A stretch of 63,573 nt of DNA, filler included, from Actinomycetota bacterium (GTDB lineage: Bacteria; Actinomycetota; CADDZG01; JAHWKV01; JAOPZY01), in the NCBI GenBank assembly GCA_025963875.1. It is 5 parts of 5 records of this genome, joined end to end, with 100 filler letters (N's around TTAATTAATTAA, not from the genome) between each part and the next. Parts side by side here need not be neighbours in the genome. Positions count along the whole stretch, not along the records: positions 6,737 to 33,753 come from JAOPZY010000207.1; 4 more parts are not named here. One strand, given 5' to 3'. Position numbers and translations under genes: made by a program. The stretch's first letter is position 1. Every line of letters starts with the position of its first letter. The notes beneath the pieces were generated by a model. It had not been told where the DNA came from, searched no databases, and saw nothing but the letters and a program-made list of their open reading frames with translations. Shown one piece after another: positions 20,701 through 31,254 of the stretch.

Positions 20701-20867
20701 AAGGTCTTGCCGATCCCCGCCTCGCCCTCGACGAACACAAGCCGCCCGGTGCCGCCCGCCGCCCGGTCCAGCGTCGTCACCAGCTCGCTGAGCTCGGCCG
20801 CCCGTCCGACGAGCGCATGCGGCCGCCTGGGGGTGGCGGGGGCCGGATCCACGAGCTCGTCAGTCAC
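17763..20867 (-). CDS. Large ATP-binding LuxR-family (LAL) regulator, paralog B
   Basis: [29 protein letters not shown]-terminal [25 protein letters not shown] overlap with paralog A. Confidence 0.92.
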   Translation of the reverse strand: MTDELVDPAPATPRRPHALVGRAAELSELVTTLDRAAGGTGRLVFVEGEAGIGKTFLLEEALVSAEAMGFRCFAGSAEELERHRPFGAIAESLGIGRRGRGTGVTFAGEDERRTELAQMLAGDTAETKLLAADTAETQPPPAGAAETPDTEDDDLPTGGREQAPRTTVLPGGAEAEFRIVDALVDFVEQLSAAGPVLVALEDLQWSDPSTVLALNRLGREISKLPVVLIATLRPVPRGTDLQALLDGLTTRGALRLSLHRLDEASVAELVEGMVGMPPGPGLLGELSRAGGNPFFATELVASLQRQGALTEHGGRAEVGSVPLPPSLTSAIMQRLTFLSEEALETLQVASILGSSFSVADLAAATGRRVPALTPILTASVRAGILGEDGSNLAFRHDLIRDALYQEMPAALRGWWHLAVARVLTDSGRTADELAEHIVRGAPPGDLLAVEWLRAAARQAETRSPTVAAELLQRFLERAPATDPHRDTALADLAMYQLRSGHPADAEAVCREALGRDHDLSVDGRLRQYLIEAAIGQGRIEEGLQEVERAVAGGSLTKPERARLWAWSSTCRAITWDLPGAVETAYRALEASEDLGDEVGAGVALGNLAVVRHLRGEFPEALRLARQSLQRIALGATAPSQPIQPVLNLAATLMDLDSLEAAQGTLLHWRMFRRERGAAWSHPTDQFISAVGYFWSGEWDDAIAALALGLDLAETTGIRRGTLVGHSLRSLIAVHRGDLATAEREATAAETEAATNGPQWRPDWMMWARALLLEAEGRPEEALTTLALAWSLCSRAGVAAEYPVIGPDLVRMAVEGHRRALAEEVTLAVEALAVSAGVASVKGAALRCRAQLSADMGVALQAVAACRLSPRRRELARACEDAAAALLDADTTMDARPLAEEALELYREMDATGDATRAETRLRRVWESLDPRDRPVRAATSGASAKPAKPARAARAAKTRTGRWDSLTPAERRVAWLVAEGISNPEIARRLGISARTVQSHVSHALEKLGVTSRVELALRAAGAERPSGPGAAAG

Positions 20868-23800
20868 GCGTCGCTCGCCGGTGGCTTTTCGGGCGGCGGG
20901 ATGCTGCCGCTGCCAAGGGCGTTCCAGCTCGACCTCGCCACGGCCAGCTCGACCCTCGAGGACAGGCCCAGCTTTTCGAGGGCGTGCGAGACGTGGGTCT
21001 GGACGGTGCGGCGGGAGATGAAGAGCCTGCGGGCGATCTCGGGGTTGGAGAGACCCTTGGCGACCATGTCGGCCATCTTGACCTCCGCCTTCGTGAGGCT
21101 CTCCCACCCTGCCGATCCGGAACCGGGCTTCGAGCGGTCGGTGCGGTACTCGACGATCTCCACCTTGACTGCTCCAGTCTGTCCGGGGCCGCGGAGGCGG
21201 CGCAATGCCCGGTGCTCGTCTCGCCGGGCGTCGAGGCTGCGGTAGGCGCCAAGCGCCTCCTCCGCGAGGGGGCGAGCGTCCGTGCACCGACCGGCGGCGA
21301 TGAGGGCCACTGCCGCATCCTCGCAGGCGAGGGCAAGCTCACGCCTGCGCGGGCTCAGCCGGTAGGCAGCCACGGCCTCCAGCAGCGCCGCGGGGTCCGA
21401 GTCGAGGAGGCCCCGGCACCGCAGCGCCGCCCCCTTGACGCTGGCCACCTCGGCAGTCGCGGCAAGGGTCTCCACCGCCCCGGTCACCTGCTCGGCGAGC
21501 AGCCGCTCGCCGCCCGCGATCGCCATGCGGACGAGGTCGGGCCCGAGGACGGGGTACTCCGCCACGACCCCCGCCCCGCTGCACTGTTCCCAGGCCTTGA
21601 TCAGCAGCCGCAGTGCTGCATCCTCCTGTCCCTGCGCCTCCGTCACGAGCGCCCTGGCCCACAGCATCCAGTTCGCGCGCCACTGCGGCCCCGAGGTCTG
21701 CGAGTCCTCCTCCGCCGCGGTGGCCTCCCGATCGGCGGTGGCGACGTCGCCGCGGTGCAGGGCGATCATCGACCGTACCGCGTGGCCCACGACCTCGCCC
21801 TGGCCGACGACGACCTCTTCGGCGAAGTCCATCGCTGAATCGAACTGCGCAATCGCCTCGTCCCACTCACCGGACCAGAACCTTCCGATACATGAGACGA
21901 AGTGGTACGGGGCAAGGTTCCACCGGGCGCCCCGGCGCTCGCGTGCCTCTCTCCCGCGCCGCAGCGCGAGCTGCGCGTCGTCCACGCGGTCGACGTCGAT
22001 GAGGAGCAACGTGTGCATGAGGGTGAGCTGGAGCCGGCGTGCCTCCGGCGAGCGGCTGCGGCGTGCCCCCGCCAGCGCCTCCTCGGCCAGCCGGAGCGCC
22101 TCCGAGAAGTGGCCGCGCAGGTTCTCGAGGGCGGCAAGCCCGGCGCGGGCCACCGTGGACCCGAGGTCGTCCTCGATCTCGCCGCAGACGGCGAGGGCTC
22201 GCTCGGCGGAGGTTGCCGCTCCCTCGAGGTCCCAGATGATCACCCGGCAGGTCGAGGCCCAGGCCCAGAGCCGGCCGCGCTCCCGCTCGGTGAGGGCGGG
22301 CGACTGGACCGCCTCGTCGATGGCGAGCAGGCTCTTGGCCACGCGGCCCTGACCGACATAGATCTGGACGAGGCACAGGCGCAGGGCGCCGTCGACCTTG
22401 GGGTCGTGCTCACGCTCCAGCGTGCTCCGGCAGATCTTCTCGGCCTCGCCGAGATGACCCGACGAGAGGAAGGACGAGGCCAGGTCCGCCAGCGTGGCGT
22501 CGCGCAGCCCTTCCGCTCCCTCCGGGAGGCCGGCCGCAGCCCCGGACAGAAGGATCTCGAGGGCACGTTGCAGCAGGTCGGCGGCGATGGCCGGGGAGCG
22601 GGCCTCGGCCTGCCGTGCCGCGGTGCGGAGCCACGCCACCGCCCCGAGGTCGCCGGGCACCGCGCCGCGGACGACGTGCTCGGCCACGTCTTCGGGGGGC
22701 AGCCCTGCCTCCTCGAGCGCATGGGCCGCCGACTGGTGCAGGGCGTTCCGAACAGGCTGCGCGATCCCGGCGTAGAGCGCCGCGCGGATCAGGTCGTGGT
22801 GGAAGGTGAACATCGATCCCTCGATGTGGAGGATGCCTGCCTGCGCCGCAGCGGTGACGTGCGGCGTCAACGTGGCCGGCGGCCGGTCGCTCACGGTGGC
22901 AAGGTCGGCCATGGAGAACTTCGACCCCAGGATCGAAGCCACCTGCAGGGTGGCCAGCTCCTCTTCGGAGAGGAAGCTCAGGCGCTGGCGGATCGCGCTG
23001 GCGAGCGAGGAGGGCAGGCTTGGCGTTGGTGCATCGATGTCGGCCTTGCCCTGGTGCATGCTGATCGCCCCCTCGCGCTGGAGCGCGGCGACCAGCTCCG
23101 TCGCGAAGAACGGGTTGCCTCCGGCCCGGCGGAGCTCGGTCAACAGTCGTGGCCCGGGCGCAGCGCCAAGGATCGTCTCGACCAGTTGGGCCACACACGC
23201 GTCGGCGAGCTTCCCGAGCGTGCGGCGGTAACCGCCGCCGTCGTCCAACTCGTCAAGCAGGCTCTGCAGCTCGGGGCTGCGCGGGATCGGCCGCATGGTG
23301 GCGATGAGCACCGCGGGAAGCCTCGGGAGCTCGCGGCCGAGGCGGTTGAGCGCCAGAAGGGTGGAGGGATCGGACCACTGCAGGTCCTCAAGCGCTACGA
23401 CGACGGGGCCGCCGGCACAGAGGTGCTCGACGAAGTCGATGAGGGCGTCGACGACGCGGAACTCGCCCTCGGGCTGCGCCCCGGCCAGCATGGCGGCGGC
23501 AGATGTCTGGTTGCTGGCTCCCGCCGCCGCGGGCTCCGCGAGCAGCTGCGCGACTGCGGCCCGCCGTTCGTCGTCCCCAGGGAGGGGCGGCTGGTCGATC
23601 CGACCACGCCGGCCGATCCCGAGCGCCTCGGAGATGGCCCCGAAGGGGCGGTGCCGCTCCAGCTCCTCGGCCCCCCCGGCGAAGCAGCGGAAGCCGAGCG
23701 CCTCGGCCTTGGAGAGCGCCTGCTCGAGCAGGACGGTCTTGCCGATGCCGGCCTCGCCCTCGAGCGTGACGAGACTCCCCTCGCCCTTCGCCGCGCGGGC

Positions 23801-23878
23801 GAGCGTCAGGAGCAGCTCAGCGAGCTCAGCGCTCCGGCCGATGAGCGGCGTTTCAGGGTCTTGTGGCAACCCCAGCAA
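20864..23878 (-). CDS. Large ATP-binding LuxR-family (LAL) regulator, paralog A
   Basis: [21 protein letters not shown], helical repeats, [24 protein letters not shown]. Confidence 0.93.
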   Translation of the reverse strand: MLGLPQDPETPLIGRSAELAELLLTLARAAKGEGSLVTLEGEAGIGKTVLLEQALSKAEALGFRCFAGGAEELERHRPFGAISEALGIGRRGRIDQPPLPGDDERRAAVAQLLAEPAAAGASNQTSAAAMLAGAQPEGEFRVVDALIDFVEHLCAGGPVVVALEDLQWSDPSTLLALNRLGRELPRLPAVLIATMRPIPRSPELQSLLDELDDGGGYRRTLGKLADACVAQLVETILGAAPGPRLLTELRRAGGNPFFATELVAALQREGAISMHQGKADIDAPTPSLPSSLASAIRQRLSFLSEEELATLQVASILGSKFSMADLATVSDRPPATLTPHVTAAAQAGILHIEGSMFTFHHDLIRAALYAGIAQPVRNALHQSAAHALEEAGLPPEDVAEHVVRGAVPGDLGAVAWLRTAARQAEARSPAIAADLLQRALEILLSGAAAGLPEGAEGLRDATLADLASSFLSSGHLGEAEKICRSTLEREHDPKVDGALRLCLVQIYVGQGRVAKSLLAIDEAVQSPALTERERGRLWAWASTCRVIIWDLEGAATSAERALAVCGEIEDDLGSTVARAGLAALENLRGHFSEALRLAEEALAGARRSRSPEARRLQLTLMHTLLLIDVDRVDDAQLALRRGREARERRGARWNLAPYHFVSCIGRFWSGEWDEAIAQFDSAMDFAEEVVVGQGEVVGHAVRSMIALHRGDVATADREATAAEEDSQTSGPQWRANWMLWARALVTEAQGQEDAALRLLIKAWEQCSGAGVVAEYPVLGPDLVRMAIAGGERLLAEQVTGAVETLAATAEVASVKGAALRCRGLLDSDPAALLEAVAAYRLSPRRRELALACEDAAVALIAAGRCTDARPLAEEALGAYRSLDARRDEHRALRRLRGPGQTGAVKVEIVEYRTDRSKPGSGSAGWESLTKAEVKMADMVAKGLSNPEIARRLFISRRTVQTHVSHALEKLGLSSRVELAVARSSWNALGSGSIPPPEKPPASDA

Positions 23879-24140
23879 CCGTTACCCCCTCCTTCGCCCC
23901 CCGTGGCGTTGGACCCCGGCATGCCCTCGCCGCAAGGCGAACGCGGTTGCCTGGTAAGTCTAACGGGTGGGGCCCCCGAGCCATAGTGGCTGCGTTGCGA
24001 TTCCTTTGACAATCCTTGGGCCTGTTTCCGCAGCTAATCCGCCAAATTGCTTAACCGGTCCCCACCCCGCGGGCCTACCTGGGAGCCTGCCACGGCAGTA
24101 TCCTAGGTGCCCTACGGATGATCCAGGGGTGCCGCGACGT

Positions 24141-26315
24141 ATGCAGAATCCCGAAAACAACGATGGGGTGAAGACCAAGGCCTCGACCAAGCATCGCCGG
24201 CTGGCATCGGCGGAGCCGGGGCCGCCCTCGCCTGCCTTGCGGAGGCCACGCGAGCAGCGGTTCCTCAACCGTGAGCTCTCCCGCATCGACTTCAACGACC
24301 GGATCCTGGCCCTGGCCGAGGACCGGTCCCTCCCCGTGCTGGAGCGGGCCAAGTTCCTCGCCATCGTCAGCCAGAACGTCGACGAGCTCTTCCAGGTGCG
24401 CGTCGCCGCCCTGTACGAGCAACTGGCGGTCGACGCGACCACCACCTCGCCCGATGGCCTCTCTCCCCAGGCCCAGCTCTCCGAGATCCGAAAGCGCGTC
24501 GAGGCCCTCGTCGACCGCCGCTCCCGCATCTTCAAGGACACGCTCGTCCCCGACCTCGATGCGGCGGGCATCCGGTACTCGCAGTGGAAGGAGCTCGACG
24601 ACGACGACCGGGCGCACCTCGACCAGGTCTTCGAGCGCCGGATCTTCCCCGTGCTCACGCCGCTGGCCGTCGACCCCGCCCACCCCTTCCCCTACATCTC
24701 CAACCTGTCCCTGAACCTCGCGGTGGTCGTGCGGCAGGGACCGCACATCCCGCCGCTCATGGCGAGGGTCAAGGTCCCCCCGCTGCTGGACCGCTTCATC
24801 GTGCTGCCAGATGGTGAGCGGTTTGTGCCCGTCGAGCAGGTCATCGCCGCCCACCTGGGGTCGCTGTTCCCCGGCATGCAGGTGCAGGCCCAGTACAGCT
24901 TCCGGGTCACCCGGCAGACCGACTTCGACACCGACGACGGCGCCTCGGACCTCCTGGTCGCGGTCGAGTCGGTCATCCGGATGCGCAAGCGCTCCCCGAT
25001 GGTCGTGCGCCTCGAGATCGAGAAGGGGATGTCGGCGTGGGTGCGCGAGCTGCTCGTCCGGGAGCTGGAGCTTGACGACTCGCAGGTCTATCCCATCAAG
25101 GGTCCCCTCGACCTCCAGGGGCTCTGGGCGCTGTACGCCCTCGACCGTCCCGCCCTGAAGGAGGAGCCCTACTCGGGGGTCACGCCCCCCCGTCTCGCCC
25201 CCTCGGCGCCGGGACACGGCGTCGACATCTTCTCGGTGCTGCGCCAGGGCGACGTGCTCGTCCACCATCCCTACGAGTCGTTCGCGGCCTCGGTGGAGGC
25301 GTTCGTCGACCAGGCGGCAGACGACCCGACGGTGCTCGCCATCAAGCAGACCCTGTACCGGACGTCCACCACGGAGAGCCCCATCGTCAAGGCCCTCATC
25401 CGGGCGGCGGAGGGGGGCAAGCAGGTGGTTGCCCTGGTGGAGCTGAAGGCGCGCTTCGACGAGGAGGCCAACATCGCCTGGGCCCGGGCCCTCGAGGAGG
25501 CGGGCGTCCACGTCGTCTACGGGGTCGTTGGGCTGAAGACCCATGCCAAGACATCGCTCGTCGTCCGGCAGGAGGCGGTCGGCATCCGCCTCTACGGCCA
25601 CATCGGGACGGGCAACTACAACCCGGACACCGCCCGCATCTACGAGGACGTCGGCCTGCTCACCGCCAATACCAACCTCGGGTCGGACCTCACCGAACTC
25701 TTCAACTACCTCACCGGCTACAGCCAGCGCCGCGACTACCGCAAGCTCCTCGTGGCGCCGGTCACGCTGCGCCCCCGGCTGCTGGAGCTGATCGCCGGCC
25801 AGGCCCACGAGGGGGGCCGCATCACGATCAAGGTGAACAACCTGGCGGACCCGCAGATCATCGACGCCCTGTACGACGCCTCGCTGGCGGGCTGCCAGAT
25901 GGACCTCATCGTGCGCAGCGTCTGCTGCCTGCGGCCGGGTGTCCCTGGGCTGTCCGAGCGGATCCGGGTGCGCTCCATCGTCGGCCGCTACCTCGAGCAC
26001 TCGCGCATCAACCGGTTCGGGACGCCGGGGGTCGACGCCGTCTACTACATCGGCTCCGCCGACCTCATGGTCCGCAACCTCGACGAGCGGGTCGAGGCGC
26101 TCGTGCCGGTGGCGGAGCCCTCGCTGACCGCCCGCCTCGACGAGATCCTGAGCGTCAACCTCGCCGACGACGTCCTCGCCTGGGAGCTGCAGCCCGACGG
26201 GTCGTGGACCAAGGTGCCCACCCGGGTGGGCGTGAACACGCACAAGCGCCTGCAGGAGCTGGCGGTGGCCCGGGCCAGGGGCCACGAGGTCGAGCCGGTC
26301 GAACTCGTTGGATGA
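24141..26315 (+). CDS. ppk1: Polyphosphate kinase 1
   Basis: FLNRELS, LERAKFLAI, PAHPFPYISNLSLNLAV, HHPYESF, IKQTLYRT, ELKARFDE, KTHAK, HIGTGNYN, YLEHSR; start approximate. Confidence 0.97.
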   Translation: MQNPENNDGVKTKASTKHRRLASAEPGPPSPALRRPREQRFLNRELSRIDFNDRILALAEDRSLPVLERAKFLAIVSQNVDELFQVRVAALYEQLAVDATTTSPDGLSPQAQLSEIRKRVEALVDRRSRIFKDTLVPDLDAAGIRYSQWKELDDDDRAHLDQVFERRIFPVLTPLAVDPAHPFPYISNLSLNLAVVVRQGPHIPPLMARVKVPPLLDRFIVLPDGERFVPVEQVIAAHLGSLFPGMQVQAQYSFRVTRQTDFDTDDGASDLLVAVESVIRMRKRSPMVVRLEIEKGMSAWVRELLVRELELDDSQVYPIKGPLDLQGLWALYALDRPALKEEPYSGVTPPRLAPSAPGHGVDIFSVLRQGDVLVHHPYESFAASVEAFVDQAADDPTVLAIKQTLYRTSTTESPIVKALIRAAEGGKQVVALVELKARFDEEANIAWARALEEAGVHVVYGVVGLKTHAKTSLVVRQEAVGIRLYGHIGTGNYNPDTARIYEDVGLLTANTNLGSDLTELFNYLTGYSQRRDYRKLLVAPVTLRPRLLELIAGQAHEGGRITIKVNNLADPQIIDALYDASLAGCQMDLIVRSVCCLRPGVPGLSERIRVRSIVGRYLEHSRINRFGTPGVDAVYYIGSADLMVRNLDERVEALVPVAEPSLTARLDEILSVNLADDVLAWELQPDGSWTKVPTRVGVNTHKRLQELAVARARGHEVEPVELVG

Positions 26316-27789
26316 GCGGGAGGTGAAGCTGTCGGCCCCGGCGGGGTTCCGGTGGCCGGCGTTCGGCGGCCAGACCGCGCTCACCGCCGTCCCGCTGGAG
26401 CGGCGGCAGTACCAGACCTCCTACGTCGACACGCCCGACCTCCGGCTGGCCCGCTGGGGATGCAGCCTGCGCCACCGCAGCGGCGAGGGCTGGACCCTCA
26501 AGCTCCCCTCCGGTTCGGACGGCCCGATGCTGGTGCGCGGCGAGTACACCTTCGAGGGCGAGGCGGGCCGGCCCCCCGATGCTGCGCTGTGGATCGTCGC
26601 CGCCTACCTGCGGGGAGCCGAAACCAAGCCGGTGGCGCGTCTCAAGACCGTCCGCCACCCGGTGCGGCTCGACGCGGCCGACGGCACGCCCGTGGCCGAG
26701 ATGGTGCTCGACGAGGTCTCGGTCCTCGAGGGGGGCCGGCTGGTGGAGCGCTTCCGGGAGATCGAGGTCGAGCTGTCCGCGGCGACATCGGCCGCGACCC
26801 TCGACGTGATCCTGTCGGAGCTGCGTTCCGCCGGGGCCGTGCCCACCGACCCCGTCCCGAAGTACTCCCGAGCCCTGGGCGCCCGGGCGTGGATGCCTCC
26901 CGAGGTGGTGGTCGGCGACCTCGGGCCGCTCGCGACCGCCGGCCAGCTGGTCCGCCACGCCATCGCCGCCTCGGCCGACCGCTACCTCCGCCAGGAACCG
27001 GGGGTGCGATTGGGGGAGGACCCGGAGGCGGTCCACCAGACGCGGGTGGCCACCCGCCGGCTCCGCTCCGACCTGCGGACCTTCGCGCCCCTGCTCGAGG
27101 ATGCCTCGGCACGCGAGCTTGGCGACAAGCTCCGCTGGCTCGGCGGCCTGCTGGGCGGCGCGAGGGACGCCGACGTGCTGTACGCCAGGCTGAAGAAGCG
27201 GGCCGACTCCCTCCCGGAGGAGGACCGCCCGGCGGGGGCCAAGCTGGCGGCGGAGCTGACCACCGACCAGCACGAGGCCCGGCTCCACCTCCTCGCCGGC
27301 ATGGGGGAGGACCGGTATCTCGCCGTCGTGCAGTCGCTCGTGGATGCCGCCCGGTCTCCCCGGCTGCTGCCCGAGAGTCATCAGCCGGTGGACAGCGTGG
27401 CGCCTGGCCTGTTGCGCAGGCCGTGGCGCAGGCTTCGCAAACAGGTGCGTGCCCTGGACGATCCGCCGGCCGACGAGGCGCTCCACGAGGTGCGGATCGG
27501 CGCGAAGCGGGTGCGCTACGCCGCCGAGGCCGTCGCCCCTGTCCTCGGGCGGAGGACCGCTCGCTTCGCCCGGGCCGCGGCGGAGCTCCAGGAGATCCTG
27601 GGCGAGCACCACGACGCGGTCGTGACCGGCCGGCTGCTGCGCGAGCGCAGCACCGGGGCACCGTCGGAGGTTGCCTTCGCCGCCGGCGAGCTCGCCGGCC
27701 TGGAGCGGGCCGCCGCCGACCGGGCGAGATCGGAGTGGCTCCCCGCGTGGAAGCGTCTCCACAAGGCTGCCCGGGCACTCGACCTTTGA
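26308..27789 (+). CDS. CYTH and CHAD domain protein
   Basis: EREVK, YVDTPDLRL, REIEVEL; CHAD VHQTRVATRRLRS, LHEVRIGAKRVRY, LQEILGEHHD. Confidence 0.93.
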   Translation: MDEREVKLSAPAGFRWPAFGGQTALTAVPLERRQYQTSYVDTPDLRLARWGCSLRHRSGEGWTLKLPSGSDGPMLVRGEYTFEGEAGRPPDAALWIVAAYLRGAETKPVARLKTVRHPVRLDAADGTPVAEMVLDEVSVLEGGRLVERFREIEVELSAATSAATLDVILSELRSAGAVPTDPVPKYSRALGARAWMPPEVVVGDLGPLATAGQLVRHAIAASADRYLRQEPGVRLGEDPEAVHQTRVATRRLRSDLRTFAPLLEDASARELGDKLRWLGGLLGGARDADVLYARLKKRADSLPEEDRPAGAKLAAELTTDQHEARLHLLAGMGEDRYLAVVQSLVDAARSPRLLPESHQPVDSVAPGLLRRPWRRLRKQVRALDDPPADEALHEVRIGAKRVRYAAEAVAPVLGRRTARFARAAAELQEILGEHHDAVVTGRLLRERSTGAPSEVAFAAGELAGLERAAADRARSEWLPAWKRLHKAARALDL

Positions 27790-28346
27790 CGAGGTCCTAC
27801 CTGGTCCGCCATGGTGAGGCCGGGGACCGCCACGCCTGGCACGACGCGGACGAGCTGCGGCCGCTGACCGAGGAGGGCCGCCGCCAGGCGGAGGCGCTGG
27901 TGGTTCTGTTGGCGGACGCCGAGATCGACCGCCTGGTGTCGAGCCCCTACGTCCGGTGCGTCCAGACCCTCGAGCCCCTCGCCGCCGCCCGGGCGATGAA
28001 GGTCGAAACCTCGCCGGTGCTGGCCGAGGGGGCCGGGGGCCGCGGTGCGCTGGAGCTCCTGACCACGGACGAGGCCCTGGTGGCGTGCAGCCACGGGGAC
28101 GTCATCGAGGAGGCCCTCGACCTGCTCGCCGAGGCCGGCGTGCCGCTTGAGGGACGACCCCGAGGCGCCCGTCAAGGCGCCGGATCAACGCCCCGAGGCG
28201 CCCCTCAAGGCGCCGGATCAACGCCCCGAGGCGCCCCTCAAGGCGCCGGATCAACGCGGGCCGAGACGCCCAAAGGTGCGACGTGGGCTCTTGACGTGCG
28301 TGACGGCGTCATTGTGAAGGGGGTCCTCCTGCCGCCGCCCCCCTGA
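27786..28346 (+). CDS. Histidine phosphatase (MutT1 C-terminal / SixA-like)
   Basis: LVRHGEAG, RPLTEEG, SSPYVRCVQT, CSHGDVI; TTGA overlap. Confidence 0.88.
   Translation: MTRSYLVRHGEAGDRHAWHDADELRPLTEEGRRQAEALVVLLADAEIDRLVSSPYVRCVQTLEPLAAARAMKVETSPVLAEGAGGRGALELLTTDEALVACSHGDVIEEALDLLAEAGVPLEGRPRGARQGAGSTPRGAPQGAGSTPRGAPQGAGSTRAETPKGATWALDVRDGVIVKGVLLPPPP
28158..28256 (+). repeat. In-frame 33-bp tandem repeat, three copies
   Basis: CCCCGAGGCGCCC(G/C)TCAAGGCGCCGGATCAACG x3, encoding PRGA(R/P)QGAGST. Confidence 0.95.
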
Positions 28347-28387
28347 GCGGGTGAGACTTTCTTAAGAAAGGGAAATCTTCGGCGTTC

Positions 28388-28431
28388 GTTCACCGTCCGT
28401 TCACACGGTTTGCGGCATCCGTTCACCCGCC
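28388..28431 (+). promoter_or_regulatory. PHO boxes (PhoP-type 11-nt direct repeats)
   Basis: GTTCACC at 28388, GTTCACA at 28399, GTTCACC at 28421, all in 11-nt register. Confidence 0.75.
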
Positions 28432-28448
28432 ACAGGTACCTTCGCCTC

Positions 28449-29396
28449 GTGAGAGTTGCAGTACTCGACCTGGGAAGCAATTCCTTCCGTTTGGTCGTTG
28501 CGGATTGGGACCCTTCCCGGGGGCTCGTTCCGTACGTCCGGAGGAGGGAGCGCCTCAACCTCGGCATGGTTGTCGGCCGGGAGGGGCGGATTCCCGAACC
28601 ACACGCCTCCGCGGCGGTCAAGGCGGTCGGCAAGCTGCGCCGCCGCGCCGAGTTGTCCGGAGCAGACCGGATCGTGGCGGTCGCCACGAGCGCCCTGCGA
28701 GATGCTGGCAATCGGGAGAAGGTGGCGCGCCGCTTGGCTGCGGCGGCAGGAGTACCCGTGCGCATCCTCTCGGGGGACGAAGAAGCGGCTCTCACCTTTG
28801 TCGCAGTGCAGGCCGGGCTGCCGCTACGCGAGGGCCCCCTTCTCGGGGTCGATCTCGGAGGCGGCAGCCTGGAGTTGGCGGTCGGAACCGGCTCCCGCCT
28901 GGACTGGACGTGCAGCCTCGAGCTCGGTGCCTCACGGCTGGTCGGGAGGTTCATCCGCCACGACCCGGTGAGCCAAGCCGAGCGGACGGGGCTCGAGTCA
29001 CACATCGAGGACGTTCTGGACACGCTGGAAGAGCTGCCCGGCGGCTCGTTCTGGCCCACGGCCTGCGTGGCCGCCGGCGGCACGGTCAAGTCGCTCGCCA
29101 GGTTGATGATCGCCTCCGGTGCCGCGACTGGTCCGGTCCATGGGCTCCACCTCCGCACCTGTGACGTCGAGGCGCTCGGTGAGCTGCTCCTCACCAGCCG
29201 CCGGCGCCGCCTGCGCGGCCTGCCGGGCATGGATCGCCACCGGGTGGACGTGCTCGGGGCCGGCACCCTGGTCGTCGCCAGGCTCCTTCGCCGGCTGGGC
29301 CTCGGCGGGATCACGGTCAGCGAGTGGGGGCTTCGGGAGGGCGTCGTCCTCGAAGCCCTCCAGCCGATGGCCCTGCGGCCCGTGGTGGCGTTTTAG
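28449..29396 (+). CDS. ppx: Exopolyphosphatase Ppx/GppA family
   Basis: LDLGSNSFRL, ATSALRDA, LSGDEEA, DLGGGSLE, GLREG. Confidence 0.93.
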   Translation: MRVAVLDLGSNSFRLVVADWDPSRGLVPYVRRRERLNLGMVVGREGRIPEPHASAAVKAVGKLRRRAELSGADRIVAVATSALRDAGNREKVARRLAAAAGVPVRILSGDEEAALTFVAVQAGLPLREGPLLGVDLGGGSLELAVGTGSRLDWTCSLELGASRLVGRFIRHDPVSQAERTGLESHIEDVLDTLEELPGGSFWPTACVAAGGTVKSLARLMIASGAATGPVHGLHLRTCDVEALGELLLTSRRRRLRGLPGMDRHRVDVLGAGTLVVARLLRRLGLGGITVSEWGLREGVVLEALQPMALRPVVAF

Positions 29397-29422
29397 TTCG
29401 ATTTTGTCATTTAATCTCCACG

Positions 29423-30259
29423 ATGATCTCCACTACCGGACTCGTCGGCGTAGCCGCAGGCGTGCCCTATGTGGCGCACCGTCCCGCCGGGGCTCCGCAG
29501 GCGGCCCCGCTCGTGGTCGTGCTGCACCTCATGGACCCTCCCCGCAGCGAGGTGGCGATGGCCGCCGCGCTCCCGCTGGCGGGAGTTCCCACCTGGCGCG
29601 CCTACCTCGGGCTGCCGATGTTCGGCGCCCGCACGCCGGCGGGGGACCCCGAGGCCTTCATACGGCTTGGCTACCAGGACGCCCTCCTGAAGCTGCTGGG
29701 GCCGGTCGTCGAGCAGGCTGCCCAGGAACTGCCCGGCGCCATCGCGGCCCTTCGCCAGCAGCTCCCCGGGGCCGTGGGCCCGCTCGCGCTGGTGGGCGGA
29801 TCGGCGGGAGCCGCGGCGGTCCTCCTCGCCCTGGCCGAGGGCCCGGTCTCCGTGCGGGCCGCGGTGCTCGTCAACGCCGCGGTGCGGGCGGCGGACGTCA
29901 TCGCCGCCGGGGAGCGCATCTTCGAGACCACGTACCGCTGGAGCGACGCAGCACGCCGGCTGGCGGACCGCCTGGACTTCGTCCAACGGGCTCGCGACAT
30001 CGCCTCGCGCCTCCCGCAGCCCGGCATGCTCCTTGTGAACGGCGAGGACGACGACCCGGCCTTTCCGGCCTCCGCCGACGACCTCTACGAGGAGCTCAGC
30101 GCTCGCTGGTGGTCGCCGGCACAGCTGGAGAGGGTTCGCATCCCGGGGCTCGCGCATGCGCTCGCCGAGGAGCCCGGGCTCGACCCGGCCCCCCAGACCC
30201 CCGGCGCGGCCCAGGTGGACGAGGTCGTCGGCGCCTGGCTCACCCGCCGTCTGGCGTAG
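29423..30259 (+). CDS. Alpha/beta hydrolase-like protein
   Basis: GGSAG nucleophile elbow, NGEDD, late His in GLAH. Confidence 0.75.
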   Translation: MISTTGLVGVAAGVPYVAHRPAGAPQAAPLVVVLHLMDPPRSEVAMAAALPLAGVPTWRAYLGLPMFGARTPAGDPEAFIRLGYQDALLKLLGPVVEQAAQELPGAIAALRQQLPGAVGPLALVGGSAGAAAVLLALAEGPVSVRAAVLVNAAVRAADVIAAGERIFETTYRWSDAARRLADRLDFVQRARDIASRLPQPGMLLVNGEDDDPAFPASADDLYEELSARWWSPAQLERVRIPGLAHALAEEPGLDPAPQTPGAAQVDEVVGAWLTRRLA

Positions 30260-30265
30260 TTGAGC

Positions 30266-30781
30266 TCAGTTGAGCTCTCGAGGCAGGGCGAACTCCAGCA
30301 GGTCGGCGGGGTCGGCACCGAGGTCCTTCCATGCGCCCGGGACGGCCAGCGTGGCCATCGCGCCGGTGGGGAACTTGCGCTTCAGCTGCTCCAGGTCGTC
30401 GACGCTGCGGGCGAGGGCCACGGCGAGTTCGTGGATTGCCGGATTGTGGCCGATGAGCATGACCGACGGCGTCGCTTCGTCCACCCTGCGGAGCCGGCGC
30501 AGCAGCTCGCCCATGCCGGCGCCGTAGAGCTCCTCCTCGACGAGGATCTCGACCGGGTCCCGGAACGAGCCGCTGATGAGCCGCAGCGTGTCCATCGTCC
30601 GGCGGGCGGGCGAGCAGAGGACGAGAGCGGGGGAGATGCCGGACCTCTCGATGTGGCCGGCGAGGGCCGAGGCAGCCTTGCGGCCCCGCGGTGCCAGCGG
30701 CCGATCCCGGTCCGCCAGCGCCTGGTCGTCCCAGTCCGACTTGGCGTGTCGCAGGAGGTAGAGAAGCTTAGGGCCGTCCAT
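30266..30781 (-). CDS. sixA: SixA-like phosphohistidine phosphatase
   Basis: LLRHAKSDW, DRPLAPRG, CSPARRT, IGHNP, KFPTG. Confidence 0.9.
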   Translation of the reverse strand: MDGPKLLYLLRHAKSDWDDQALADRDRPLAPRGRKAASALAGHIERSGISPALVLCSPARRTMDTLRLISGSFRDPVEILVEEELYGAGMGELLRRLRRVDEATPSVMLIGHNPAIHELAVALARSVDDLEQLKRKFPTGAMATLAVPGAWKDLGADPADLLEFALPRELN

Positions 30782-30828
30782 CGGGCAAGATGCTACTGGT
30801 TCCTCTCCTGGGAACGGAGTCTTTGAGT

Positions 30829-31245
30829 ATGGGATTTCTTCGGCGAAGGCCGGTGCAGGCCGCAGGAGGTGTGGTGCTGCGGCGGCGCGATGGCGGGCCG
30901 GTCGAGGTGGCGCTGATCCACCGCCCCGCCTACGACGACTGGACGCTGCCCAAGGGCAAGCTCAACCCCGGCGAGACGCACGAGGAGGCGGCGCTGCGGG
31001 AGGTGAAGGAGGAGACCGGGCTCGTCGTCCACCTCGGCGATCCGGCGGGCCAGGTCCACTACCGGGACCGGAAGGGGCGGCCCAAGTCCGTCCGCTACTG
31101 GACGATGCAGCCCGTCGGCTCGACCGAGGAGGAGTTCGCGCCCAACGACGAGGTGGACCGCCTGCGGTGGATTCCCCTCGCGGAGGCGGGGCCGGTCCTC
31201 ACCTACGAACACGACCGGGAGATTCTCGAGTCCCTGAAGCCGTAA
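30829..31245 (+). CDS. Nudix hydrolase (MutT1 N-domain / Ap6A hydrolase-like)
   Basis: AAGGVV, HRPAYDDWTLPKGK, Nudix box GETHEEAALREVKEETG, PNDEVD. Confidence 0.92.
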   Translation: MGFLRRRPVQAAGGVVLRRRDGGPVEVALIHRPAYDDWTLPKGKLNPGETHEEAALREVKEETGLVVHLGDPAGQVHYRDRKGRPKSVRYWTMQPVGSTEEEFAPNDEVDRLRWIPLAEAGPVLTYEHDREILESLKP

Positions 31246-31254
31246 CATGCAGCG

